Below, piece by piece: positions 19,513-28,292 of a DNA stretch of 42,842 nucleotides. Both the position numbers and the translations under genes were made by a program. Under the pieces are notes generated by a model that was given only the letters and a program-made list of their open reading frames with translations, was not told the origin of the DNA and did no database searches. Position 1 is the first letter of the stretch, and every line of letters begins with the position of its first letter. This DNA comes from a virus: UHGV virus genome UHGV-0138423; one strand, 5' to 3'.

Positions 19513-20830
19513 TCTCGATGTCCTCGTCGGTAATGGATGCCCCGATGCCGGTTACGTCAGAATTTTCGCGCAAATCAGTCATAGCGGCTTTCAGTGTCAT
19601 CAGACCATCACCCAGCGCCGTACTGATTGCGTTGGTGGTGTTTAACGCCACCGTTGAGCGATCGACATCAGACATTTGCCAGAGCGGGTTAAACTCAAAC
19701 GTGAAATCGTCCGGCAGCGGCTTGCCAAGTTCCGAGCGATGCATGATGTCCAGTATCCGCCGCACCGGAAGACGTAAACGCCTCTCCTGCAGCGAGCTTA
19801 CCCGGTCGTAATAGTTGGCAAGGTCTGCATCACCGGTAGAAAATCCTTTCGGGGACTGTCCAAACAGCCGCACCAGTGGAATACCAACAGCGCCACTAAT
19901 CTGTTCTGCAAACTGCGAAAGGATGTCATCCAGACCACTGAAACTGTACTGATGGGTTTCAAACTTATCCCGCGAGTCCATGAGCGTCATGCCTTCATTA
20001 CTCTGGAACTGTCGAATCAGGTCGATATTCTTCAGCAACGCTTCATACGCAGGACCACCAAGTGCGATAAGCTCACGTAGCTTCTCCACGCTGTAGGTAC
20101 GCAGATGCGCCTTGTAGACCAGCTGCGCCGCACCGACAGTAGCGCTGTCGAACGCGGTAAGACGATCCCAGATACGCTCTACAACCGACATTCCCCATTC
20201 GTTCTCAGTCATCTTCTGCTGAAATGGCAGCGTGACGCCATCAAAGCGAATCAGGCGACTGTGATGAATGCGCCAGGCAGGAATTCCCGTTGCTGTGGTC
20301 ACCACATCGTAAAACTCAGGTTTACCCAGGTCCGGCCCCATATCTTTAATGCGGCGGGTCAGTACCGGGTCAATCATCCAGCGGTCGAGCGGGAGAATCC
20401 CCTTAAACTTGCCTTTACCGATGGTTTCGGGTCGCAGAGGGGTCATTGGTGCCTGCCCCTCAATCATGATGAAACCCACCGCGCCGCCATAGAGGCGCGA
20501 CCATTTCAGCACGTCGTTCAGTGCATCCCAGATTTGCAACTCATCCAGTTGTGATTCGAGAATGCCGCGATCTTTTGCATCAATTTCCGAAGTGATGCGA
20601 ATGCCTTTGCGGGTCATATCATCCGGGATAGCATCGACTGCTTCGCCGATGATCCAGGACGAACGATAGGACCATTCCACCAGCATGCGGTTACGACTGG
20701 TGAAATTAGCCCGGTAGGTGGATGCTGAGTGCTGGTTAGGTGTCTGCATCCCTACGCGGGCAATAAAATTCTCATAACCATCAGCTGTGGCCTGCGCAGT
20801 TCGCCGCAGGGCTTGTTTGTTTCGTGCCAT
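19364..20830 (-). CDS. Portal protein (Mu gp29-like, DUF935 type)
   Basis: 488 aa directly downstream of the terminase large subunit; acidic C-terminal tail; size and order characteristic of portal proteins. Confidence 0.8.
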   Translation of the reverse strand: MARNKQALRRTAQATADGYENFIARVGMQTPNQHSASTYRANFTSRNRMLVEWSYRSSWIIGEAVDAIPDDMTRKGIRITSEIDAKDRGILESQLDELQIWDALNDVLKWSRLYGGAVGFIMIEGQAPMTPLRPETIGKGKFKGILPLDRWMIDPVLTRRIKDMGPDLGKPEFYDVVTTATGIPAWRIHHSRLIRFDGVTLPFQQKMTENEWGMSVVERIWDRLTAFDSATVGAAQLVYKAHLRTYSVEKLRELIALGGPAYEALLKNIDLIRQFQSNEGMTLMDSRDKFETHQYSFSGLDDILSQFAEQISGAVGIPLVRLFGQSPKGFSTGDADLANYYDRVSSLQERRLRLPVRRILDIMHRSELGKPLPDDFTFEFNPLWQMSDVDRSTVALNTTNAISTALGDGLMTLKAAMTDLRENSDVTGIGASITDEDIENAEDEAPPGIGEPDDEPQEPSGGNPLSNQPTQDSAGGRRHRKWSLRWFK

Positions 20831-22233
20831 CAGGCCTGTCTCCCCAGCTGTTCCCAGATATCCAGCGATGTATCAATTGGCGCGAAGGCCATAATGAATG
20901 CGTCAGCAACGTTTGGTGACGGTATCTCGCGTTTTGCGAGGTCTTTTTTACTTTCGACCATCACACGTCCGTTACGGTCAAAATCGCGATGAGGTGTTGT
21001 CAGTTCCAGTTTCAGCTTTTCAAGCAACGGACAACGAGAATCTATGCTGATCAGCTCATCCACAGGATACTGTTCTCCGTTGTTAATGGCGTTAAACGTA
21101 TTTCTGAAACGGTCAGCCACCAGCCACCATGCCTGAGCCTTAAGATTTGCGAAAAAGTCTTTGTTGGGGATGCCGTTGTATTCGTCATCTGGCTCATGCA
21201 CACCAGCACCGGCGTTAAACCTCTGGTAATTCACACGTCTCGCGTATGCATTCTCGCTCTTCCGGTCAGCGTTAATTTCAGAGAATTTAGCACCGGCAGA
21301 CGCACCAACACCGATAGAGTCGTAAACAATATCTGCTTCACGCTCCAGCGCCGCCTGATAAGTACGCTGGCAGCTCTTCAGTAATTCATCTTCTTTGGCC
21401 TTCCATTCGTCGGCCCAGAAAACAACGGATCCGTGACGGTAAACGTTAGCGCACTTATCTGTACCACTGTCAGCCACGTCAAAGCCAATACGCTTTCTTC
21501 CACTGGGTTCGAAATTTAACGTTTTGTGCGCATCCACTGCGGCTTCTATCCAGGACAGTTTGATGATTGCCGCATCATCATCAGACTCCGGAACGCCCTC
21601 ATACACATGTTTAAAACCATCCGGATCACGGCGTCGCGCCGCGTCGATAACCTTAAGCATGGTGTCAGACAGAAACGGATTTTCGTCATAGTTAATTTTG
21701 CGGATGAGAGTGCCTTCGGGCGGATCAACAACGAAGTTGCGCCAGACGAAATCAGTAACAAGTCCGGGGTTGAATATGAACCAGCATTCCGAACCCTCTT
21801 TACGGATCGTTGGCTCCAGAATTTTCCACTGGTATTCCGTCAGTGCGTGGGCTTCTTCCAGCCACAACACATCGATCCCCTCCAGTGACTTAATTTCTTC
21901 GATGTTGCGCCATAATCCATAAAAAACAAATTCCGAGCCAGTAACCCGGTTAATGATTTTGTTGTTCAGAATCCGGAAACGGTGCCGCAGGCCAAACCTG
22001 TCTATCTGAATTTTGAGCAGGGTATACACCGACTCTTCGATTTTATTCTGGATCTGACGGGCACAACAAAAACGCAGGGTGTATTTATTCGACAGAAATA
22101 TGGCAATGCCAGCGGCATCCCATGATTTTGACGATGACCGGCCACCATAAAGCACTTTGTTACGTGCCCGCGTAGTCCAGAAACTACGTAAAGCCGGATT
22201 AAGCGTCGGTTTGGATGTCAGAGTAGAAGTCAT
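20830..22233 (-). CDS. Terminase large subunit
   Basis: ATPase and nuclease signatures of the PBSX-type terminase family (..LYGGRSSSKSWDAAG.., ..IDVLWLEEA.., C-terminal RNaseH-like acidic residues). Start chosen at MTSTL... after GGAGAG; the ORF track extends 36 codons further upstream. Confidence 0.85.
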   Translation of the reverse strand: MTSTLTSKPTLNPALRSFWTTRARNKVLYGGRSSSKSWDAAGIAIFLSNKYTLRFCCARQIQNKIEESVYTLLKIQIDRFGLRHRFRILNNKIINRVTGSEFVFYGLWRNIEEIKSLEGIDVLWLEEAHALTEYQWKILEPTIRKEGSECWFIFNPGLVTDFVWRNFVVDPPEGTLIRKINYDENPFLSDTMLKVIDAARRRDPDGFKHVYEGVPESDDDAAIIKLSWIEAAVDAHKTLNFEPSGRKRIGFDVADSGTDKCANVYRHGSVVFWADEWKAKEDELLKSCQRTYQAALEREADIVYDSIGVGASAGAKFSEINADRKSENAYARRVNYQRFNAGAGVHEPDDEYNGIPNKDFFANLKAQAWWLVADRFRNTFNAINNGEQYPVDELISIDSRCPLLEKLKLELTTPHRDFDRNGRVMVESKKDLAKREIPSPNVADAFIMAFAPIDTSLDIWEQLGRQA

Positions 22234-22948
22234 TGAGGTCACGCTCTCCATTGCCATCATCAATACCTGCATCACGGCGAAGACGATCAGCCTCCAGAGA
22301 CACCTTATCAGTGGCGGCCTTGCGGTAGGCTGTATCAGCAAATATTTTTCCTACCGTCGCAAGCGTGCCAACGATGGACTCAATACGAACTGTATTGCGC
22401 ATCATTGCTTTCTCGGCGGCGCTGATATTTTCCATCAGCATCTTCCTTTCCTGGTCCCCACTAGCATCTTCCAGCGACACCAGCCACCGACCAATATTCT
22501 CTGCAGCGACAAGGTTGTTAGCACGAAGGCGAAATAATTCGTCCTCGAGCGTCAACGCTTTAGCGTCCTCTATCACCTCATCTTTGAGCAGAAGGCGACG
22601 GGCATAACCACCGTGTTTTAATGCCTGCTGGTTACCGGGTTGGAATGGGTTAGTCGGGGGATCGGTACGCATTCCGCGTATCGGTTTCGTATCCGGTGTA
22701 GGTTCTGTTTTTGGTTGCGTACCTTTTTGTGTAAGGCCAGTAATGGCAGGCTTTCTGCTGGTACGCACTTTTCTTTTTTGCGTACCATTTTTGCAAACCT
22801 GCGTACCGCCACTGCGTACCCAACCAAGCTTTTTAGCCCTCTTCCTGATAGCCCCTTCTGTTACGCCGTATTTCTCGCCTATATCACGGAGGCTAAGGAC
22901 TCCGGCCCGGTATGCCGATTCGATGGCCTCCCAGTCCGGTTTTGCCAT
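22199..22948 (-). CDS. Terminase small subunit
   Basis: 249 aa with N-terminal helix-turn-helix (..LSLRDIGEKYGVTEGAIRKRAKKLGW..), immediately upstream of and overlapping the large subunit. Confidence 0.6.
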   Translation of the reverse strand: MAKPDWEAIESAYRAGVLSLRDIGEKYGVTEGAIRKRAKKLGWVRSGGTQVCKNGTQKRKVRTSRKPAITGLTQKGTQPKTEPTPDTKPIRGMRTDPPTNPFQPGNQQALKHGGYARRLLLKDEVIEDAKALTLEDELFRLRANNLVAAENIGRWLVSLEDASGDQERKMLMENISAAEKAMMRNTVRIESIVGTLATVGKIFADTAYRKAATDKVSLEADRLRRDAGIDDGNGERDLNDFYSDIQTDA

Positions 22949-23005
22949 GAATTTTTCCTCTTAGTGACATTATCGAAGCCCCTTATCAAAGGAGCTTCTG
23001 TAATG

Positions 23006-23218
23006 TCAGTCCCGAACGAACGTAACCTTCGTGTTTGTCGCTCGCCGTACAAGGCGCGCCGCTTCGCGTTGCATTTCATCGATAACTTTTGGCGTCATCG
23101 GCTGATGCGCATATTTACGTTCAATCTCTGCAAAAATCCCGTTCATCGTTTCGCTGTCTGGTGGGATAACTTCAACGTTTAATCGTGCCATTAGTTTGTG
23201 CTGCCCTGTTTTTCTCAA
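23006..23218 (-). CDS. Hypothetical small protein between lysis cassette and terminase
   Basis: 70-codon ORF (possible start at the internal MARLNVEV); no family recognised. Confidence 0.3.
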   Translation of the reverse strand: MRKTGQHKLMARLNVEVIPPDSETMNGIFAEIERKYAHQPMTPKVIDEMQREAARLVRRATNTKVTFVRD

Positions 23219-23447
23219 AAGTCCTGATATCAGCCTTATCCCTGTTGCACTGTGCTAACGCTGACAACAACGCAACATTCAGGTTAAGGCTAGCTCCCCA
23301 CGTAAACGGGTCGGGTAAATCTGGCTGGGGTGTTTCATCCGTCAGACTGGCTGGTAACGGAACGACCGGCACCGACACGTATACCGTTCGCGTATTCGTG
23401 CAACCGCTTAACTGCGCCAGAAGGAACGATACGAACAGCGCAATCAT
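23172..23447 (-). CDS. Outer-membrane spanin Rz1-like lipoprotein
   Basis: Reading frame overlapping the 3' part of the Rz gene; signal peptide with lipobox (..LLAQLSGC) followed by a Pro-rich segment. Start taken at the internal ATG (MIALFVSF...). Confidence 0.55.
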   Translation of the reverse strand: MIALFVSFLLAQLSGCTNTRTVYVSVPVVPLPASLTDETPQPDLPDPFTWGASLNLNVALLSALAQCNRDKADIRTFEKNRAAQTNGTIKR

Positions 23448-23727
23448 CACCCGCAACAGCCACTTTGATATCTTCCTGGGTTCTCTGTGACTCCAGTGCG
23501 ATCTGCTGTTTTGCATGCTGGTTAGCCTCTATAACTGTATTGATGATTTGCAGAGATTGCAGGACGTTACTGGTAATGGCTGTTGCAGATTCAGCGTTTC
23601 GTACAGCCTCATCAGCACGCTCCTTTTCGTGCTGATATTTGCTGTAGTAATGCCCGGCAGACCAGATAAAAGAACCGATGACGGTAACAAAGAAGGCAAC
23701 AATAACCAGCTTATATCTCAGCTTCAT
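23335..23727 (-). CDS. Inner-membrane spanin Rz-like
   Basis: 130 aa; N-terminal transmembrane segment (LVIVAFFVTVIGSFIW) followed by a charged helical periplasmic domain; immediately downstream of the endolysin. Confidence 0.6.
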   Translation of the reverse strand: MKLRYKLVIVAFFVTVIGSFIWSAGHYYSKYQHEKERADEAVRNAESATAITSNVLQSLQIINTVIEANQHAKQQIALESQRTQEDIKVAVAGDDCAVRIVPSGAVKRLHEYANGIRVGAGRSVTSQSDG

Positions 23728-24187
23728 TTACCACCCCACCAGCTTCTTTAAATCGGGAAATCAGGTCACCGATTCTATGTTCATACTGACCGTAACCTGC
23801 ACCAGGTAACGACGCCCAGATATTGCTGCAACGGTCGATTGCCTGACGAATATCGCCGCGGTCAATCATCGGTAAAGCGCCACGCTCTTTAATCTGCTGC
23901 AGCGCTACAGCATCCTGGCTTTCTGGAGAAAAATCTTTCAGACCAAGTTGCTTGCGGTAGGCATCCCACCAGCGTGAAAGAAGCTGGTAACGTCCGGCGG
24001 CTGTTGATTTGAGTTTCGGATTTAGCGTGACAAGTTTGCGGGGGTGATCGGAGTAATCAGTGAACAGTTCGCCACCGACAATAACATCATAACCGTGATT
24101 TCTGGTTTTCTGCCGTCCGTTATCTGTTCCTTCTGACCATGCCACCATATCAAGGAAAGCTTTACGCTGGGAATTAAGTGTCTGCAT
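23711..24187 (-). CDS. R: Endolysin, lambda R-type lytic transglycosylase
   Basis: 158 aa; ..NQRKAFLDMVAWSEGTDNGRQKTRNHGYDVIVGGELFTDYSDHPRKLVTLNPKLKSTAAGRYQLL.. is near-identical to lambda R as I recall it. Confidence 0.85.
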   Translation of the reverse strand: MQTLNSQRKAFLDMVAWSEGTDNGRQKTRNHGYDVIVGGELFTDYSDHPRKLVTLNPKLKSTAAGRYQLLSRWWDAYRKQLGLKDFSPESQDAVALQQIKERGALPMIDRGDIRQAIDRCSNIWASLPGAGYGQYEHRIGDLISRFKEAGGVVNEAEI

Positions 24188-24190
24188 TAA

Positions 24191-24550
24191 TTACTCCTTA
24201 TGCGCACCGAACTTGTTACCGATGACCCTCATTGCCGCACCACGAATAGCATCAACACCAATCAGCCCCACCCCACCACCAATGGCAACAGAAAGTGATT
24301 TAGGCCATCCGACATACTCAAGCGCGGATGCAAAGGTCAGCGTCAGGGCGCCACAAAGCAAAATCTCAAGAGTTTTTCGTTTCCAGCCCCCACCACCGCC
24401 AAAATAGGCGATGCGCAAACCAGCCATAACGATCGACATAATCACTGCGCCCAGCGGAGTGTCTCCACGCCACCAGCTCTGAAACAACTCCAGCCAGTCC
24501 GGCCAGGTATTTGGGTTATGAGGCATTTCATCATCTCTCACCTCGCACAT
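24191..24550 (-). CDS. Putative holin
   Basis: Small protein with 2-3 hydrophobic transmembrane segments and a charged C-terminus, directly upstream of the endolysin; two candidate starts (M1 and M9), possibly a dual-start holin/antiholin arrangement. Confidence 0.5.
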   Translation of the reverse strand: MCEVRDDEMPHNPNTWPDWLELFQSWWRGDTPLGAVIMSIVMAGLRIAYFGGGGGWKRKTLEILLCGALTLTFASALEYVGWPKSLSVAIGGGVGLIGVDAIRGAAMRVIGNKFGAHKE

Positions 24551-24571
24551 ATCGCGGGTGCAAATTGAGGG

Positions 24572-24611
24572 AATAAAAAATCCCCGAATATTCCAGGAGC
24601 GGAAACGGGGA
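24572..24611 (-). terminator. Intrinsic terminator just upstream of the holin gene
   Basis: Minus-strand RNA UCCCCG-(19 nt loop)-CGGGGA followed by UUUUUUAUU. Confidence 0.45.
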
Positions 24612-24650
24612 AAGGCGTTGCACTAAATGGGCCTGTCTGCGGCCTTAAAT

Positions 24651-24674
24651 AAAAAACCCCGGCAAATGCCGAGG
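24651..24674 (-). terminator. Intrinsic terminator in the ORF6N-lysis intergenic region
   Basis: Minus-strand RNA CCUCGGC-AUUU-GCCGGGG followed by UUUUUUA. Confidence 0.45.
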
Positions 24675-24895
24675 TCAGTTAATCGTTGCCGCTGTGAGTG
24701 CCGCGGCGCACTATCTCTTTATCAGGCCACTTACGCGTTAAACCGGGTGCCAACCGTAACTCAGTGATGCTTTACGCTTCCTCTCCCTCACTACGTCGCC
24801 ATGGGAGCCCGACCAGATTAACGCTGTCGTCACGTTGCCAATATATGGCATCCAATGCATTCTTTTTATTTAGCTATTTCATTTTTTCTATCCGT

Positions 24896-24927
24896 CAGAA
24901 ACAACAAAACCCGCTCAATGGCGGGTT
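24896..24927 (-). terminator. Intrinsic terminator after the ORF6N-domain gene
   Basis: Minus-strand RNA AACCCGC-CAUUGA-GCGGGUU followed by UUGUUGUUU. Confidence 0.6.
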
Positions 24928-25022
24928 CTGGTAAAGTTCATGCGCTTGGTTCGCCTCGCGATACAGCTTTGCGAAGCGTACCGGAATTGAAGCAGTTTAT
25001 GGCTAAAATTGCAAGAACTTTT

Positions 25023-25604
25023 TTAAAGCTGCATCAGCCTTTCCACCAGTTTATCTCTGCGAACAACAAACCAACCATTGGCTCTCGCCAGTTCCAGCCA
25101 TGACTCAAGGGAAATAACAATATCATCATCCCGCAACTGAATTGTGGAAACAGTGACACCGCCTCGCTGATAACAGAGAACTCGCGTGTCGTAACTTTTC
25201 TGGCATGAAACTGACGCTGACGGATCCTTTTGTCTGAAATAGCAGTCTTCCAGCTTTTCGAACACATCCCACGCCTGATCAGTTTCGAGCATTTTGGCAT
25301 GGCGGGCTGCTCCGCGTTCTGTCCAGAGGATGAGGGAGCGGGCTTTCGGGGAAATTTGTAACCCTCTTAAAGATGGTTGCAAATTTTGTGAGTAGTTTAA
25401 AGCTACCCGCAAATTTTTCAGGGCATCACCAGCCACTTTGAAAAAATGCTTTCCTTCAATAAAGCGCTCAGCATTTCTGGCGTAGTTATTTTGAATGTTC
25501 TTAACTTCAGCACCGTACAACTGCGCCAAAAGTTCGGTGGTAATAACAGGAATCTGGTTATGGGTGATCGGAGAGAGAGTTTCAACAGAAATTTGAGTTG
25601 TCAT
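25023..25604 (-). CDS. KilA-N/ORF6N-domain protein (antirepressor-like), late-region moron
   Basis: 193 aa; N-terminal half (..ITTELLAQLYGAEVKNIQNNYARNAERFIEGKHFFKVAG...LWTERGAARHAKMLETDQAW..) matches the ORF6N DNA-binding domain signature; C-terminal ~80 aa unassigned; has its own downstream terminator. Confidence 0.65.
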   Translation of the reverse strand: MTTQISVETLSPITHNQIPVITTELLAQLYGAEVKNIQNNYARNAERFIEGKHFFKVAGDALKNLRVALNYSQNLQPSLRGLQISPKARSLILWTERGAARHAKMLETDQAWDVFEKLEDCYFRQKDPSASVSCQKSYDTRVLCYQRGGVTVSTIQLRDDDIVISLESWLELARANGWFVVRRDKLVERLMQL

Positions 25605-25764
25605 AATGACGCCCTCTGGTGGTTTCTAAACCATCACCACCGTCAGGTTCCTAATCATCGGGTGGTGAGACGTACAGGGTTAGGAACTACCGGGAAACCA
25701 ACCGGCGAGCTTTTCAGCTCCCCCATACGCCCCACCATAATTCAGATGTGCGCGTGCATACGAC

Positions 25765-25789
25765 AATAAAAAACACGCTCGCGGCGTGT
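25765..25789 (-). terminator. tR'-like intrinsic terminator downstream of the late promoter
   Basis: Minus-strand RNA ACACGC-CGCGA-GCGUGU followed by UUUUUUAUU, about 60-80 nt downstream of the predicted pR' start. Confidence 0.55.
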
Positions 25790-25851
25790 GTCTGTCGCGG
25801 TCTCTATCCGGGGTTCCTAATCCCGACGCCAGATTTTGCTGGCGCGTGAGG

Positions 25852-25881
25852 AATATAGCCCCGAATAACAGATTGAGTCAA
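25852..25881 (-). promoter_or_regulatory. pR'-like late promoter overlapping the Q stop codon
   Basis: Minus strand: -35 TTGACT (plus 25876-25881), 18 nt spacer, -10 TATATT (plus 25852-25857); same position relative to Q as lambda pR'. Confidence 0.45.
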
Positions 25882-26432
25882 CAGACGGTTTTTGAATCCC
25901 CGGAAGAGAATGCATCACGCATCGGCAGATAGAGCATAAACTCTGCCATTTTCAACCACGCATCTATGCGATTACGGCACGTGGCGTAACACCACTCAGG
26001 GTGTGAATCATTCAGCAATTCAGCCATTTTTCGCTTAGTCATCCCCCTCCCTTCATATCGTTGCCGGAGGATACAAATCAATCCTGGGTGTTCTGCCAGC
26101 ACTTCACTAATCACACGATCAATGCATAACGCCTCTGCATCAGTACAATGCACCAGCCAGCTTTTTTGCTTGCCGTTGATCATATCCCGTAAAAAAGCCT
26201 CAAGTTCAGGTTTGTCCAGACCTGCTTTTTTCATCCTCCGGAGCGCCTCGTTAATTGCCGTTTTTGTCAGCTTTTTAGAGGTCAGCAACTGGTTAAACAT
26301 ATTTCCCGTCTTACCGCCGCCAATATACGACCAGCGCCCCCACATGCGCAGTTTTCCCTGAATCCAGACACTTTCCAGCGTGGTGAGACGAAGGTGTTCC
26401 CCGCTTTTGCCTGTATTTGTTGGGTAAATCAT
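25878..26432 (-). CDS. Late-gene antitermination protein Q
   Basis: 184 aa from the ATG overlapping the upstream stop (ATGA); position between nin-like genes and the pR'/tR' unit; Cys/His-containing C-terminal part consistent with Q-family proteins. Confidence 0.6.
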   Translation of the reverse strand: MIYPTNTGKSGEHLRLTTLESVWIQGKLRMWGRWSYIGGGKTGNMFNQLLTSKKLTKTAINEALRRMKKAGLDKPELEAFLRDMINGKQKSWLVHCTDAEALCIDRVISEVLAEHPGLICILRQRYEGRGMTKRKMAELLNDSHPEWCYATCRNRIDAWLKMAEFMLYLPMRDAFSSGDSKTVC

Positions 26433-26719
26433 AAATAACCTTCCTTTCTCCAGATTTCTTGTGTGCGAAAAACACCTTCTGCATGCATCAGGCGTAATTC
26501 TTCTTTGGTGTAATCGCTGGTTTTTACCCGCCCGTCGATTAAATCGTGGCATGAGCTACAGGCAATCGCTGCCTGCATATCGTGTGGTTTTGTCGCTGTT
26601 CCGCACGTCCCCGCCAGCCTGTAATGCGCCAGCACAGAAGTTTCGGGATTGTGGTTGCAGTAGCCAGGAATTCTGACGGTGCACATCTGCCCCCGCGCCG
26701 CTTTACGTAAATCCACCAT
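26429..26719 (-). CDS. nin-region protein, DUF1364 (YbcO-like)
   Basis: 96 aa with paired Cys motifs (..CTVRIPGYCNH...CSSCHDLID..); typical gene immediately upstream of Q in lambdoid prophages. Confidence 0.6.
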   Translation of the reverse strand: MVDLRKAARGQMCTVRIPGYCNHNPETSVLAHYRLAGTCGTATKPHDMQAAIACSSCHDLIDGRVKTSDYTKEELRLMHAEGVFRTQEIWRKEGYL

Positions 26720-27318
26720 TACGCAAACTCCAGTAACTGCGCGGCCACATTTTCGACTTCCTCCGGAGAGGAAAATTTACGGAACAGGATCCAGTTCCAC
26801 AGTACATTCAGTACAGATTTATAAACCTGCTGAAACTCGGTTTCGTCCATATTCGCAAAAGCGATGGATTTCGCCCGACGCCCACGGCTACCGTCCGGAT
26901 AAAAATGCTCGGTGTAAAATCCGGCCTGAATGGTTACCCACTCGCGGAAAGCCTCAAACGACTTTAGCAATGCCATATCCCGGGTTCTGCGTGTCGCAAC
27001 TGTATTCAGATATTGCTCTGCGGCTTCGCTCAGAGCTGGCGTATGTTCCCGGCCTACAGATTCACACAGGTAATCAACGAATCCTGAAACCAGTTTTCGT
27101 TCGCGAGGCGTGATCGCCCCACCGTTCGGAGTCCAGTAATCGAATCCCAGTTGCAGGAGTTTGAAAAAACGCTTGTGGAATGCGTAGTTACGAACGCGTT
27201 TAAAATCAGCGTGTATCCACTCGCCTATTTTGATTTGATGCAGAAAATCGCAACTCTCCGGCGTCGCCGGGAGAAGTAATCCGGAAGAGGTTTGTTTGAC
27301 CAGTTGTATATGCGCCAT
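26719..27318 (-). CDS. nin-region protein, DUF1367 (YbcN-like)
   Basis: 199 aa ORF translationally coupled to the DUF1364 gene; position and size as in DLP12 ybcN. Confidence 0.6.
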   Translation of the reverse strand: MAHIQLVKQTSSGLLLPATPESCDFLHQIKIGEWIHADFKRVRNYAFHKRFFKLLQLGFDYWTPNGGAITPRERKLVSGFVDYLCESVGREHTPALSEAAEQYLNTVATRRTRDMALLKSFEAFREWVTIQAGFYTEHFYPDGSRGRRAKSIAFANMDETEFQQVYKSVLNVLWNWILFRKFSSPEEVENVAAQLLEFA

Positions 27319-27389
27319 CGTAGTTCTCCGCTGGCGCAGTAGAATGGGTGTTCAGCCCGTTATGTAGTATAACAGAATTAATGCCAATA

Positions 27390-27641
27390 CTAACAGGATG
27401 CTCTGACTCGTAATTCATCCAGCAGTTTATCATTTCCCATAATGTCACTTACCCTCATCGGTAAAAAAATTGCCTTTCGACCATTACGATACATCATTGA
27501 TTTTGGGTTTTCAGGGAAGTAATCCATTTCGACTATAACTGACAGGTCATCACGACGTATGACTGCGTATTTGCAACTAAATAGTTTCTTTATTTTTTCC
27601 ACGATGCCTCCGAGTTTATAAGTACAAACGGTTATATCCAC
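27390..27641 (-). CDS. Hypothetical small protein
   Basis: 83-codon ORF starting with GTG in the track; an internal GTG preceded by GGAGG (..GGAGGCATCGTGGAAAAA..) is a more likely start (~70 aa). Confidence 0.35.
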   Translation of the reverse strand: MDITVCTYKLGGIVEKIKKLFSCKYAVIRRDDLSVIVEMDYFPENPKSMMYRNGRKAIFLPMRVSDIMGNDKLLDELRVRASC

Positions 27642-27785
27642 ATAGAGACAAAAATATTAATCTGAAAAATATTTATTTCACGCCGTATATTTGATTATTT
27701 AATGTGCAGGTGCAATGACTTTTATTTTTTGTTGTGTATATAATCAAATATATGGTTATTTTTCACCCTGCGTATTCGGCGCGCA

Positions 27786-27809
27786 ACAAAAAACCCGCCG
27801 AAGCGGGTT
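27786..27809 (-). terminator. Intrinsic terminator downstream of hok
   Basis: Minus-strand RNA AACCCGC-UUCG-GCGGGUU followed by UUUUUUG, about 70 nt past the hok stop. Confidence 0.55.
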
Positions 27810-27877
27810 AAGTGCGGGTGCGTTGAGGATGCCTGACACATCAGAGGTGGCGAGGGATTTCTCCCCCGCCAGGTCTC

Positions 27878-28033
27878 TTACTCCTCAGGTTCGTAAGCTG
27901 TGAAGACAGCGACCTCCGTCTGGCCGGTTCGGAGTCGTACCTCGCAGAGGTCTTTCCTCGTTACCAGTGCCGTCACTATGACGGTTAAACAGATGACGAT
28001 CAGGGCGATTAACATCGCCTTTTGCTGCTTCAT
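27878..28033 (-). CDS. hok: Hok/Gef-family type I toxin
   Basis: 51 aa from the internal ATG: MKQQKAMLIALIVICLTVIVTALVTRKDLCEVRLRTGQTEVAVFTAYEPEE, essentially identical to E. coli HokD/RelF as I recall it. Confidence 0.8.
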   Translation of the reverse strand: MKQQKAMLIALIVICLTVIVTALVTRKDLCEVRLRTGQTEVAVFTAYEPEE

Positions 28034-28292
28034 AGCCTGCTTCTCCTTGCCTTTCGGCACGTAAGAGGCTAACCTACGTGTGTAGAGCATAGATATGGCC
28101 TCAGATTAATGTTAAGCGTCTTGCCGGACGCGTAATGTTAACTGGGGCTTTTCTCTATCTGCCTTTTGGTGTTCATGCCTGAGACAGATAGCCTCAAGCA
28201 CCCGCAGTTATTCTACTTAACTAAGATTTCCCCGCAAACCGTTTTTGTCCGGCACAGTAAATATCCAACTAAACCAATGGCGTTCGCTGTAT

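Noticed and set aside
24550-25022. tRNA genes between the late promoter region and the lysis cassette
   Set aside because: Lambdoid phages often carry tRNAs here, but I found no cloverleaf-compatible sequence or T-loop-like GTTCGA(A/G)TC motif; the hairpins present are followed by U-runs and look like terminators.
27878-28090. 70-codon hok ORF including 19 upstream codons as annotated by the ORF track
   Set aside because: The N-terminal extension uses a non-canonical start and is not part of known Hok proteins; the 51 aa product from the internal ATG matches the family.
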